From assembly GCA_964016885.1 (NCBI GenBank), contig OZ024741.1, positions 179,490,001-179,554,000 of the forward strand: DNA of 64,000 nucleotides, written 5' to 3'. The notes under the pieces were generated by a model, which was not told the origin of the DNA, did no database searches, and worked only from the letters and a program-made list of their open reading frames with translations. Both the position numbers and the translations under genes were made by a program. Position 1 is the stretch's first letter. Each line of letters opens with the position of its first letter. The stretch comes from Eledone cirrhosa. Lineage: Eukaryota. This document shows positions 32,450 through 45,275 of this stretch, in pieces.

Positions 32450-35216
32450 AAAAGAAAATACAGCCAAAGCTGCTCGTATAAGGTGCTTTGAAAAATGATC
32501 TAGAAAGAAAATACAGTATAAAATCAACAAGTGACATAGACATGCTGATAGAAATAATCAAGCAAAAAGTGTCGGCCAAAGCTGCTTGTATAAGGCACTT
32601 TGAAAAACGATCTAGATTTTATAAATAACTGCTAAATCAATACCACCCAAGGAGGAAGTGCAAGAATTCTGGGAAAAGATCTGGGCCAAAGAAAAAGTTC
32701 ATAATATACATGCCCCATGGATAGACAGACAAAGATACAACTCACCTTGAAGAACAAACATGGGAAAATATAACAGTTGAACAGTTGTGTTTGGCTCTTA
32801 GAAAAACCAGCAAATGGAAATCCCCATGAAAAGACAAAATACCAAATTTTTGGATAAATGCCTTCACAGAGTCTCATGAGCTGTTAGCCCAACTTTACAA
32901 TGAAATAGTTAAGGAGCCAGAAAAGATACCATCATGGCTAGTTAACGGCATTACATTCCTGCTTCCGAAGAATGATGAGACAAACAATCCCCAAAATTAC
33001 AGACCGATAACTTGCTTGACCACAATGTATAAAATTTTAACATCAGTCCTAACTGAATATACATATGACCACCTGATAACAAATGATCTATTTCCCAATG
33101 AGCAGAAAGGGTGTAAACGAGGCTCATATGGCTGTAAGGATCAGCTTTTGGTTAACAAAATGATACTGGAAGATTGTCATAATAGACACAAAAATCTATC
33201 AATTGCTTGGATAGATTATAAAAAAGCATTCGATAGTTTGTCACAAAGTTGGATTGAAAAATGTTTAGAGATTTTCAAAATATCTCCTGTTGTCAGGAGG
33301 TTCCTGTCATTCAGTATGAAGACATGGAAAACGACACTCCTTTTGAATAGTGAAAAAAAATCACTGGAAGCTGGAGAAGTTAATATTAATTGTGGAATTT
33401 TTCAGGGTGACTCTTTATCACCGCTTTTATTCTGCATCCATTATACCATTAAGTAAAATGCTCAATGAAACAAAACATGGATATAAAGTTTATGACAAAA
33501 CCATTAATCACTTGTTCTACATGGATGACCTGAAACTATTTGCAAAAAATGATGAAGAATTGCAAGGGCTATTATCCACTGTGGAGCAGTTCAATGATGA
33601 CATTAAAATGGAGTTTGGCCTAGATAAATGCGCCAAAGCAATGTTCACCAGATGAAAGTTGCTGAAAAGTTCAGACATTAATCTTGATCGGGGGAATGTG
33701 ATAAGAGAACTTGATCAAGAGGAAACTTACAAATATCTAGGTGTTTGTGAAGGAGATGGAATCAAGCACTCGACAATGAGGGAAAGGATAAGGAAGGAAT
33801 GTTACCGCAGAGTAAGAGCAATGTTAAGAACGGAATTGAATGCAAGGGATAGGATCGATGTCATAAACACGCTTGCCATACCAGTAGTAACCTACAGTTA
33901 CAATGTCATCAACTGGTCAAGCACAGAGATCCGTAGGTTCGATACAAAAATTAGAAAATTCTTAACCATGCACAGAATGCATCACCCTAAGGCAGATACA
34001 GATAGAATATATCTCCCTAAGAAAGAAGAAGGGTGTGGGTTAATCCAGTTAGATATTGCGTTGAAAACTGCAACAATTGGATTATCTACATATCTAAGGC
34101 AATCATATGATTGGATGATCAAACTCGTTTTGAAACACGAAAGCATCAAAAGATCATACTCCATTACAAAAGATGCACAAAGATACAGTAATGGACTACA
34201 AATTTCAGAAGTCCCATTTACTGCTGAAATGGAAAACACAGAAAAAGCGAAGCAAGTAAAAGTAACTGCAAAGAAAGAACTACTACAGAAACTGGCTAAG
34301 AAATGGCAAGAAAAGCCTCCTTTATGGAAAATACCCAGAAAGAGCTAACAATCCTGATGTTGAAAAAACTTTAACCCATCAGTGGTTGGCATCCTCTGGA
34401 CTGAAATCGGAGACTGAAGGACTGATTATATCAGCACAAGATCAGTATCTGCCAACAAAAAATTACCAAGCCTACATAATAAAAAATGGATGCAACCCAT
34501 TATGCCGTGTATGTAAAAAACAAGCAGAGACCATTGATCATATAATTTCAATGTGCAGTCCTATAGCTCCAACCGAATACCTAAACAGGCATGACAGAGC
34601 TGCACAATACATACATTGGATAATGTGTAAGCATTTTGACCTGCCCCATCAAAAGAATTGGTGGGAGCATCAACCACCTCCCATACTTGAAAAAGATCAC
34701 ATCTCAATCTTGTGGAACTTTAGCATCCAAACAGACCGAAAAATAAATGCAAATAGACCTGATATAATACTGAAGGGGACTTTAAAAAGAGGGTATGCCT
34801 GCTAATTGATATGTCTGTTCCAATAGACAAGAATGTATCTATAAAAACATTTGAAAAATTGAGCAAATATAAGGACCTGGAGATAGAAATTGGAAAAATG
34901 TGGAAATTGAGAATTAAAACAATACCAGTGGTTGTAGGCGCTCTAAGAATGATACCTAAGGGGTCTAATGATTACTTATCGCAAATCCCAGGAAACCCGC
35001 GTATAGGAGAAATACAAAAGATAGTACTAATGGGAACTGCCCATATACTAAGGAAGATTCTGTCAATATAAGTATATCACAAGTCTAAACACCTAAAGAT
35101 GCATGTGTGTGTATGTATGTTCTTTCTTGAACATGGCGGACCTTGTTATCTCTTGAGGTCACTGGTTGTGACCTGGTGATAACTCGTATGAACATAAAGC
35201 AAGATAAATGCAACTG
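32450..35216 (+). mobile_element. Dong/R4-clade non-LTR retrotransposon (RT plus restriction-like endonuclease), 5'-truncated and frameshifted
   Basis: QKGCKRGSYGCKDQL, WIDYKKAFDS, GIFQGDSLSPLLFC, HLFYMDDLKLFA, a CCHC knuckle (CRVC..HIISMC), RHD, RPDII and EKLSKYKDL. (TAA)n on both sides, the established target of Dong elements. Confidence 0.92.
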
Positions 35217-35225
35217 TAATAATAA

Positions 35226-35414
35226 TAATTGTTTCTACTTTAGGCACAAAGCCAGCAATTACCCAGTGCATTACTGGTACTTTATTTTATCGACCCCATA
35301 AGGATGAAAGGCAAAGTCAACCTCGGCGGGATTTGAACTCAGATCGTAAAGGGACATAACTATGCTGGAAAGCATGGCGTCCGACCCTCTACCGATACTG
35401 CCAATCCACCGCCC

Positions 35415-35417
<3 letters not shown>
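35226..35417 (-). mobile_element. tRNA-derived SINE, same family as 45083
   Basis: Reverse complement of 45083-45275. Lies in the (TAA)n after the Dong element. Confidence 0.8.
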
Positions 35418-35454
<37 letters not shown>

Positions 35455-35584
35455 CAACAACGACAACAACAATGATAATAATATAAAAAATTATCAAAAT
35501 AGTTATTATACATTATCAAAATAATTATTATAAATTATCAAAATAGTTATACATTTTAGAAATGCAGAAAAAAGGGAAACTTAC

Positions 35585-35670
35585 CTCAAAATAACTTCAA
35601 AATCTACTAATCTAACAATTTCTTGAAGTCTGATATTCTAAGTGAACAATTGGACAATGCAGAAGGCTAC
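35585..35670 (-). other. Candidate 5' UTR exon of the zinc-finger gene
   Basis: Non-repetitive 86-nt segment bounded by ttaatag| and a strong GAG|gtaagt donor. Confidence 0.4.
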
Positions 35671-35966
35671 CTATTAAATATATCACAATATAATTCATCA
35701 TATTACATTTGTGGTTGTACCATGGCTGAATGATTTAGAATTTTGCATTACAATCAATAAGTCTTGGGTTAACCCTTTAGCATTTAAACCAGCCATATCT
35801 GGCCAGAATTCTCTCATCTCGTTCAGTTCAAACCGACTGCTCATACTGATGTTAAGGTATTGTTCTCAAAATATATGATATCAAAATCTCATAGATTTGA
35901 TATTATGTGAAATAATAAGCCTTTACTGTGAAAATACAACATTAAATACAGAGTAATGTAAATGCT

Positions 35967-37100
35967 TTTTAACTGGTTGAAGTCCTTCATTCTCAGTCGA
36001 AGAGAGGTAGTCACAGTTCTAGGAAAACATTCTTCACCGTATGAGATGTCATCTGGTGTACCACAGGGATCTGTTCTCGGTCCCCTTTTGTTTGAGGCAT
36101 ATATTAATGACATAGATGCCAATTTAAAGAATGCCACAGTACTGAAATATGCAGATGACATCAAACTGTACTGTGAGATAAAAAGGACAGATCCTGAACA
36201 CTATAGTTCTTTCCTTCAATCAGACCTGGACACAATGCAGCAATGGGTCACGGACTGGCAACTCAAGCTGGCTGTGGACAAGTGTACCACCATGCATTTT
36301 GGGAATAAAAATACAGCATCCACATACTCCCTCCACAACACCAATCTCAAGAAGTCTTCTTGTGAATGTAACCTGGGCATTATTGTCAGCAGCGATTTGC
36401 ATTGGATGAAGCACGTCTCTAAAATTGTCAAGAAGGCCGAGGGTGTCTTAGCATCACTCAGCAAGACCTTTGTCAGCCACTCTTCAGCTATCTATTTAAA
36501 GCTGTATATAGTTGTGGTGTGTCCACACTTAGAATTTGCATCACCAGTCAGGAATCTCTATCTTGCTCAGAATATTGATCTCCTGGAAACTGTTCAGAGA
36601 TGTGTTCCATCAGGCATCTACCATACTCCGAATGCCTTGCTTCCCTGGGCATGGATTCACTGAAGCTCCGACATCTGGCAACTGACTTGGTAAACACCCA
36701 CAAAATTATTAACCATCTTGCCAACAACAACCCTGAGCACCTTTTTGAATTCCATGTGTAACTCACGTTGGCATACCTACAAAGTCAGAAAACAACACAG
36801 CTCCCATGACTTTCGGAAACATTCTTTCACACTCATCAGAGTTGCTGAAGCATGGAACAAACTACCTGCATCAGTTGTTAGCTGTCGAGACACTGCATCC
36901 TTTAAAACCTCCATACTTCCTGAAATTCGCCTACACTACACCTGATATCCCCCCTCCATACACACGCACACATGTATTTCATGACTCATATACTGTTCAT
37001 TTTCCTGACATTTGAACATTATTCTATGTACTATACATGGACCTTTGATGAGTTGTAGTGGACCTGAGCACTGTACACAATAATTTCATTATCATTATTT
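35967..37100 (+). mobile_element. CR1-like LINE, 5'-truncated
   Basis: SGVPQGSVLGPLLF, KYADDIKLY, KCTTMHFG, LEFASPV, RVAEAWNKLP. ATT-like tail. Confidence 0.9.
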
Positions 37101-38028
37101 AAATCCCACTGCGTGGCATCTTGGGCAAATGTCATATTTACCATAGCCTCAAGTCGATTCATGCTTTGAGTAAAATTGGAAACCTATTGCAAGGAGTGTA
37201 TCTGTAATTCAAAGAGCCAGCCTTGTAATACATTGTGTCACTCTGAATTTCCCTGAGAATTATGTTACAGGTTCATGAGTCTCTGTTAATTTCATGAGCA
37301 GACTGTTCCATTGATCAAACAACTGGACCACTCGTCAAAATCGACAAGTACATTCTATATTATATTCAATCTATTCTTATGTTTAACTCTTCTTTATAAT
37401 GAGGGTATGTGACCTCACAATCATAAGGTTGTGAGTTCAAATCCTGGATCAGACAGTGTTGTGTTCTTGGACATTGCTTTTCCTGACAGGAAAAGCAATG
37501 TCCATCGAACCATAGGTGACTTTGTGTAATAGAACAAGAGTCAGTTTTGGTTGGGTTGGCAGTTACATTACTCTATATTTACTGTTGTATTTTCACGGTA
37601 AAAAGGTTATCTCACATAATATCGAATCTATGAGATTTTGAAGTTATATATTTTGAGAAGCATACCTTAACATTAGTATGAGCAGCCAGTTACAGCCAGT
37701 TTGAAAAGAAAGACGTGAAAGAATTCTGGCTGGATATGGCTAGTTTAAATGCTATTGGCATTCTTCATTGTAATCATCATCATCATCATCACTTTTACAT
37801 GTGTTTTTCCATGCTGGCATGAGTTGGATGGAATTTTTTGAGGCAGAATTTTATGGTCGTATGCCTTTTCTGATGCAAACCTTAGTTTATTTTAAGTAGG
37901 GTATGAATCATTTACTGCTGAACAGTGAGACATCACCACATATTATGTTGAAAGAAGAGCTAAACACATACAACAGGGTTCCTTACAGTTTAGAAAAAGA
38001 AAACAAAATACAAAATATGACAGCTTAC

Positions 38029-38097
38029 TTATTCATTTGGTTGTGAAATGTTTTTCCTTTTGAGGTCAACTTGTTTTATATTCAACATTTGTCTCAT
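38029..38097 (-). other. Candidate 5' UTR exon containing a 22-codon uORF
   Basis: Long poly-T acceptor ttttttttttag|ATG and donor TAA|gtaagc. Reads MRQMLNIKQVDLKRKNISQPNE*. Confidence 0.45.
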
Positions 38098-38329
38098 CTA
38101 AAAAAAAAACAAAAAAACTTTCAAATATCAATATATATATATTTTCAAATATCACTATATTTATATAATATTTGCACAAATATTATTTATATATATATAT
38201 ATTATATATTTGCAAATATCCCTATATATATATAACTAACAAATAGTTTATTGGCTGAATACAAGAAATGTAAATCTGAGTATTTTGAATATCTACTTAT
38301 ATATATAACCAGCAATTTCTCTGTCTGTC

Positions 38330-38660
38330 TGTCCGACAGTGGAAACACGTGCGTAGAGAGAGAGTGAGAGTGAAAGAAAGAGACAGACTATGAGAGGGGG
38401 ATAGCGGGAGGGGAGAGGGAGAGAGAGAGTGAATAGATGCTAAAACACGTGCTATAGAAACATTACCGTCCCCTCTCCACTGACTTTGGTCACTGAGGCC
38501 GAGGGAATCGCTGGTTGCTATAGAGACACCTTGCACAAGCCAGAAGTAACCAGTTCGAGGCGGTTCTGACTTGACACCATTTGAAGAAGGTTGCCATTGA
38601 ATTTATGGTTGTTGCTGCTGATAATAAGGACCATTTGAAGAAGGGTGCTGCTGATGAGGT
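38330..38660. promoter_or_regulatory. Promoter-like island with an RFX X-box match (38514-38527) and outward-facing splice donors
   Basis: Locally CpG/GC-richer unique sequence. GTTGCTATAGAGAC at 38514-38527, two CACGTG E-boxes, minus-strand donor ACG|gtaatg at 38467/38466 and plus-strand donor GAG|gtaatt at 38658/38659. Confidence 0.4.
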
Positions 38661-39017
38661 AATTTATTAATCAGATTGCGCAGTTCCATAACCTACGTTT
38701 GATTTGTTCAATTTCTTTCTTCAATTTTTTTTGTTGTTTTTTTTTATTTCTTATTGAAAAAATATAAATAATAAAATAAGGTTAGAAATTTAAATACAAT
38801 TAAATACGATTTAATTTCCATTTCCAGCAGCCAATGTCCAGTGTTCAATTTCATGAAAAAATTGGAAATAATTAAAAAAATTGAAGTTTAACTTTTGAAC
38901 ATTTGTTTTGACAATAAAAAAATATTTTCTTATTCACACCTAATGGTATGATTAAAATTTCAGTATATACACTAGATTTGCTAGCAGAAAACCGCCCACC
39001 GGGTGGTTTTCTGCTAG

Positions 39018-39604
39018 TCTATATATATAAAACTGAGGATGTCTGTCTGTGTGTGAGTTTGAATCCCTAAAACTAGAGAAGCACCCAACCGACTGTTTTC
39101 AAACTTTACACATGTAATACTTATGTTTCAGGGAGTGTTCTGAGAAAAAAATGTTCAAATTTTCAATGCCCTAGGGACCGTATTAGGCGATTTAGCGATC
39201 TCTCTCTATAATTCTTAGTCTTTCTCTTTTTAGATAGATACATACATATAACGTCGCGCCCTTATAATATCTGTCTGTATGTCTGCATTACGTCACTTCC
39301 TACAATTCACTCTGCATTCAGAACGCGCCCTTATAATATCTGTCTGTATGTCTGGCTGTCTGCTACATCCGGTTATTCTGCCACCCTTGCTCAAGAAAAA
39401 TCTCACACTCATTCCCCAAACAGTTGGTAAGTGCACACAACTTCTTCCTCACATTTTAAGCCACATTGTTGCTTACTTACGTACCACCAGACCTTTACTT
39501 CTTTGCCAGCCGTGGTTGTGGCAATACTAAGCTTAGCTAAGGCGGTTATATATTTATATATTTCACAATACCTTATCCCGTGCAACGCCGGGTACCACTG
39601 CTAG
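39018..39604 (+). mobile_element. Non-autonomous Helitron
   Basis: 5' TCTATATATATAAAA, 3' hairpin CCCGTGCAACGCCGGG, then CTAG at 39601-39604 followed by T. Confidence 0.8.
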
Positions 39605-39698
39605 TTAATAATAATATTCGATTCATTTGCAATTATGAAAACAGCCTTTTTTAAGTCATGTGAGTAGAATGACCATGTCTATATATATATATATACAT

Positions 39699-39729
<31 letters not shown>

Positions 39730-40212
39730 TAATATTTTTTCAATAAGTATTTCAGCTGAAGTATACCACCGCCACTCTGCCAGGTTGTGACTACTTTATC
39801 ATCTAAATTCGTTTCTTCATCAACAGATGTCAAATTCATGGAGCTACAAACACACATATGGTGCCATTGATAAAATGCACACAGTACACTCTGTAAAATG
39901 GTTGGCATTATGAAGGACACTCAACCATAGAAGCCATGTCAAACCCATGGTAACATGGAAAGTGGACATCAAGTGATTAAATATATATATCAAATAAGAC
40001 GGATCATCCATTTAAGGTGAAACAAATCGTTCGCGGAAATGGTGAAGTAATTGTTGTGGAACTACTTCTACCAAATTCATCCCATGGACTGAGTGCTCTA
40101 CTACTGCAGATATAACTCACCAGTGTTCTGCCACTCATCATCATCATCATCATCATTTAACGTTCATCTTCCACGCTTGCATGGGTTTAAATATATACAT
40201 ACATATATATAT

Positions 40213-40355
40213 ATAACAAAGATGGTGTGGTAAGATACCAGGTAGACGATAATGCACCAGAGTACTCGATACTCGGGGTAGTAGAGTGGGTAATATGAAA
40301 AGATTCAGGACCCTGATAGCTAAGCTCTGGACGTTTTGACAGCTAGATCCGAAAC
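40213..40355 (-). mobile_element. Short Penelope-like 3' tail fragment, same subfamily as 51466
   Basis: agagtactcgatactcggggtagtagagtgggtaatatgaaaagatt..gacagctagatccg, flanked by (AT)n on both sides. Confidence 0.7.
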
Positions 40356-42439
40356 ATATATATATATATATAGTGAAGGCGCGTGGCTGAGTGGTTAGAG
40401 AATTGGATTCACAATCATGAAGTTGTGAGTACGATTCCTGGACTGGCTGATGTGTTATGTCCTTGGGAAAGACACTTAATTTCATATTGCTCCTTCTACC
40501 TGGGGTTGCAATCGATAGAGAGTATTAGCAATTAGAAAGGCCAATGGAAACATTGTTTCCTCAGTCCAATTTGACGAAAGTCGATCGACTGTCATATAGA
40601 TCGATAGAAAGAGAGAGAGAGAGAGAGCACAACCATACAAAATACCCACAATAAACCTAGAACACTCCCTCAACCACTAAACTAATGAAAACAAACACAA
40701 CACATACCACACATGTAAGGAAGAAAGCAACACACACACACAACATAATCACAACTCTTCTATAACACACTGAAATGAAAAATAAACATCACAACTTTTA
40801 TTTCACCCTTCCAATCTCTTTCTCTTACAGCAGCCATTGCAGTCGAGTTGTCATTGTCAGCATTGGAGGTCTTACATCGTGTTCCTCTATTAACCTTATC
40901 CACTATATTGACCAAGAATCACATAATGCACACACCACACATACACCCCAAAAGACATGTACTCACAGCAGCACCATACCACACACACAACTGCACATCC
41001 CCTATGAGAGGGGAAAATAATACATAAATCAAAGTTTCAACAACAATTGGTTTATTGTACATATACTGAAACACTCGCTTACAAGCAGAATCGAGATAAA
41101 TACCAAGCAAGATACCATAAAAATTACTCCATTACTTTAAACAAATTTCTTCCTCCCAACCCACTACTTCATCCATTTCTTCACTTAGCCTCACTTCCCC
41201 TATATGTCAATCAAATTAGGACCTCACCCTGATGAGACAGTGTTTGGAAAGAGCTAAAAGGAATAATAATTCAGATATCCGCTCACTGTTGAGCAGTAAC
41301 TCATTACAATATGTATGCTCTACTTTCTTAAGTATTGAGTACTAAGCTGAACAATAGCCTTACTTGTCTAAACTGGTAACTCCCAATCTAGCTATATATC
41401 TATTTATATATATGTATATATATACACACCTTAATACTCATGCATCCCTAGCCTGCACACCCATCTCACCCTCACATGATAGACCTCCTATCCAACCGAT
41501 GCATATAAGCATGGAAAGCTGGTCACTCGCAAGACCTGCTCTTCCACAGTACTGCCATCACAACAAAAAGCACCCAGTTCACCTGATAAGGGGATTATGC
41601 TGGTGACAAGAGCAAAGCACTTAGTCCACCCTGTAGACGGTTGTGTTGGTGCCATCATGAAAAAGCATCCAGTCCACCCTGTTAGATGGTCATTTTGATG
41701 CCACAATTAAAAGCACCCAGTCCACACTGCAATGTGATTGGCATTAAAAAGGGCATCCAACCATAGAAACCAAGCCAGAAACAGTTCTGTATGAGCAAGA
41801 CAGGGTCACTTGACCTGACTTATCTCATAATGTGAAAGCCCTCTAACCCATGCAAATGTGGAAAATAGATGTGAAACAGTAATGATGATGATGATTATAA
41901 TATATATATATATATATATTTATCATCATCATCATCATCATTTAACATCCATCTTCCATGCTAGCATGGTTTAAACGGGTTTGTCCCATTTAGAAGCAAG
42001 TTGGGTCGGGTGACTGTGTCTCGCTCATACAGGACTGTTTCTGACTGGTTTTCTACAGTGCCCACAAAATGTATACACACTTCAAATAAATATTGCCTGT
42101 ACAGGTAATCATCATCATCATCATCATCACCGTTTTACGTCCGTTCTTCCACGCTAGCATGGGTTAGACGGGTTGTCCTGTTGTGTGCAGTGTCTGGTCG
42201 GCTGACCATGCCTTGCTCATACAGGAACTGATCTGGCTTGATTTCTACAGCTGGATGCCCTTCCTAATACCAACCTCATTTACAGTGAGTGCTGGGTGCT
42301 TTTTCGTGGCGCCTACACGTCCACTTTACAGTGTGGGCTGGGTGCTTTTTTGCCGTGGCACCTCCACGACCACCTTGCGGTGGGGGGTGTGGGGGCATAT
42401 TGTAATCAAAGTGTATATACATTTTTGGAGGATACTCTG

Positions 42440-42470
<31 letters not shown>

Positions 42471-43153
42471 CAACTAGAAATAGATTGACATATATATATA
42501 TAAAATAAACATATGAAACAATCACAGGGAATAATTTGTAAAGAATGTAAGCACACATAGTCTCTCAGACATGACAACCCTTAATTTTAATTTTGGATAT
42601 ATATACGGCCCCTTGATTGTTGAGCTAATTCAGTTGAATAGACTCGGCTGCTATTTCTGGCTGTCGATGGTCCTATTCACGCCACTGGGATGACGTTGTG
42701 CAATGTGTGTATTTTTTTAAAAATGCAACACGTTATTCGAGTCATTCACAGATTTGCATTTGCTTTGTAAACGCAGATAGTTAACTTCTCCTTTGGTGAC
42801 CATCTGAGAATTGACTACTGTGATTTACGGATTAATTGGTGAAATATATTTCTTACTTAAAGAAATATATAGAAAGGAGATTAATCATTTTAAAAGGTAT
42901 CTATATTTGAAGTTCTAGTTAAACTTTAATTAGTTACCTACCTAGCTATGTGTGCTTACATTCTTTACAAATTATTCACTGTGATTGTTTCATATGTTTA
43001 TTTTATATATATATATATGTCAATCTATTTCTAGTTGATATGTAATGCTCAGATCTATTCATTGGAATCTTTGAGCTTATTCTACAGTGGATATGGCGCA
43101 TGTCTCTCAGACATGACAACCCTTAATTTTAATTTTGGATATATATATATATA

Positions 43154-43498
43154 TCATCATCATCATCATTTCATTTTACGTCCGCTTTTCCCTGCTTGCA
43201 AGGGTGGGACGGGAACTGATTCTGGCTTGATTTCTACAGCTGGATGACCTTCCTAACACCAACCTCATTTACAGTGAGTGCTGGGTGCTTTTTTTGCCGT
43301 GGCACCTCCACGAGCACTCTGCAGTGGAATGATATGGACCCCAGTCCCTATCATCTCATTTTTACAGCTGAGTAAACTGGAGCAATGTGAAATAAAGTGT
43401 CTTGCTCAAGGAAACAACACATCACCCAGTCTGAGAATTGAACTCACAACCTTTCGATTGCAAGGCCAATGCTCTAACCACTAAGCCATGTGCCTCCA
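43154..43498 (-). mobile_element. tRNA-derived SINE, same head and body as 23806, RTE-A tail
   Basis: Near-identical to 23910-24197. Tail matches the RTE-A 3' end. Confidence 0.85.
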
Positions 43499-44222
43499 TT
43501 ATATATATCAACCACCAAATAGTTTATGTCTAATCAACAAAACCTAAAACCCATAGCCAAAAAATAAAAGTAAACCAAATTAAAAAGTTCCATGACGATA
43601 ATGTAATAAAATCCAACTAGTATACTGTTAATAAGGAGATAACCTTCGCCAGGACACGACTGACCTCAATATCTGGTTTCACTCTAAGGTTGTAGCTACT
43701 GGATAAATTAGCATCATATACTCTCAGAGCATTTAATCTTAAAACTACTAATCACACAACCATACTCGATGGCTGTCGCATCCATATATCTCAAAAACAC
43801 ATAGAGTTAAACTAAATTAATGAAACCTGAAATAATCACTCCATAAACTCAGTGAAAATAACATACTTCAGAATAAATTATTAACTTCAGAACCAGCAAT
43901 AAAATAATTTAACCAAATCAATGCTAGATTTCATATACACTGTTCAAATATGTTAAATTCACCAGGTAAACCCCAAAACCTTAAAAATAGACAAAGTATA
44001 TAGACTAACACACACATACAACATATATATATATATATATATATATAATTAATACAATAACAGAGATAGTTTAAAGCTAAACTCTGACTGGTAACCATCT
44101 CACTCAACAAACATTAGGTTATATTAAAATATAAACCCAATTTAAGTGTTTGGGGTGCTAACAATATGTATAATGTGGAAAAACCAGTTGTATTATTTTA
44201 TGAGATATAATTAAAGTTAAAG

Positions 44223-44297
<75 letters not shown>

Positions 44298-44576
44298 CAT
44301 CATCCTCATTATCATTTAATGTCTATTTTCCACGCTAGCATGGGTTAGACTGTTTTGTCCTATTAGAGGCAAGTTGGGTCGGGTAACCATGTCTTGCTCA
44401 TATAGGACTGTTTCTGGCTAGATTTCTATGGCTGGATACCCTTCCTAACATGAACCACATTTACAGTGTGTGCTGGGTGCTTTTTGCCATGTATCCTACA
44501 CGACCACTTTAGAGTGGGGCTGGGTGCTTTTTGTTGCGACACCTACATGACCACTTTACAGTGTGGGCTCTTTACA

Positions 44577-44627
<51 letters not shown>

Positions 44628-45082
44628 GCATACATCATAGGAGTGTAAATGAAAGCATATACAATATGCTTATGTATAATAAACACAAGAATCTTGCTAT
44701 GAACATATTTTTAAAGCTGTGATGATGTGTAGTGCTGAGAATGACAGATAGGTTTTTCTGGATTTTTATCAATCATCAGTGACATTTACTCACTTGCTAC
44801 TGAGACAAAATAGGCTAAAATCTATATGGGTTCTGCATATGAAACATTGGCTGCGAATGCTGATTTGCATATAGTATAAACTTAACTGGGGAAAGGAGGT
44901 AATTAAAAGTGACACTAACATGGTGAGGTTAAAATAAATATACTCATAGCAAGGCTGTTATGTTTATTTTACATAAACATATCATATTTGCTTTTATATA
45001 CAATCCTATAATGAACCACACTATGTTAGTGCCCCTTCTAATATGCATACATAGCATCATCATCATTATTTAATGTCTATTT

Positions 45083-45275
45083 GGCGGTGAATTGGCAGTA
45101 TCGGTAGAGGGTCGGACGCCATGCTTTGACGCATAGAGTTACGGCCCTTGCCATTCTGAGTTCAAATCCCGCCGAGGTTAACTTTGCCTTTCATCCTTAC
45201 GGGGTCGATAAAATAAAGTACCAGTAATACACTGGGAAATTGCTGGCCTTGTGCCAAAAGTAGAAACAATTATTT
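45083..45275 (+). mobile_element. tRNA-derived SINE, second family (Meta-domain-like core)
   Basis: B box GAGTTCAAATCC and core gcctttcatccttacggggtcgataaaataaagtaccag. Other copies near 31365-31570, 46622-46740 and 55950-56010. Confidence 0.8.
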
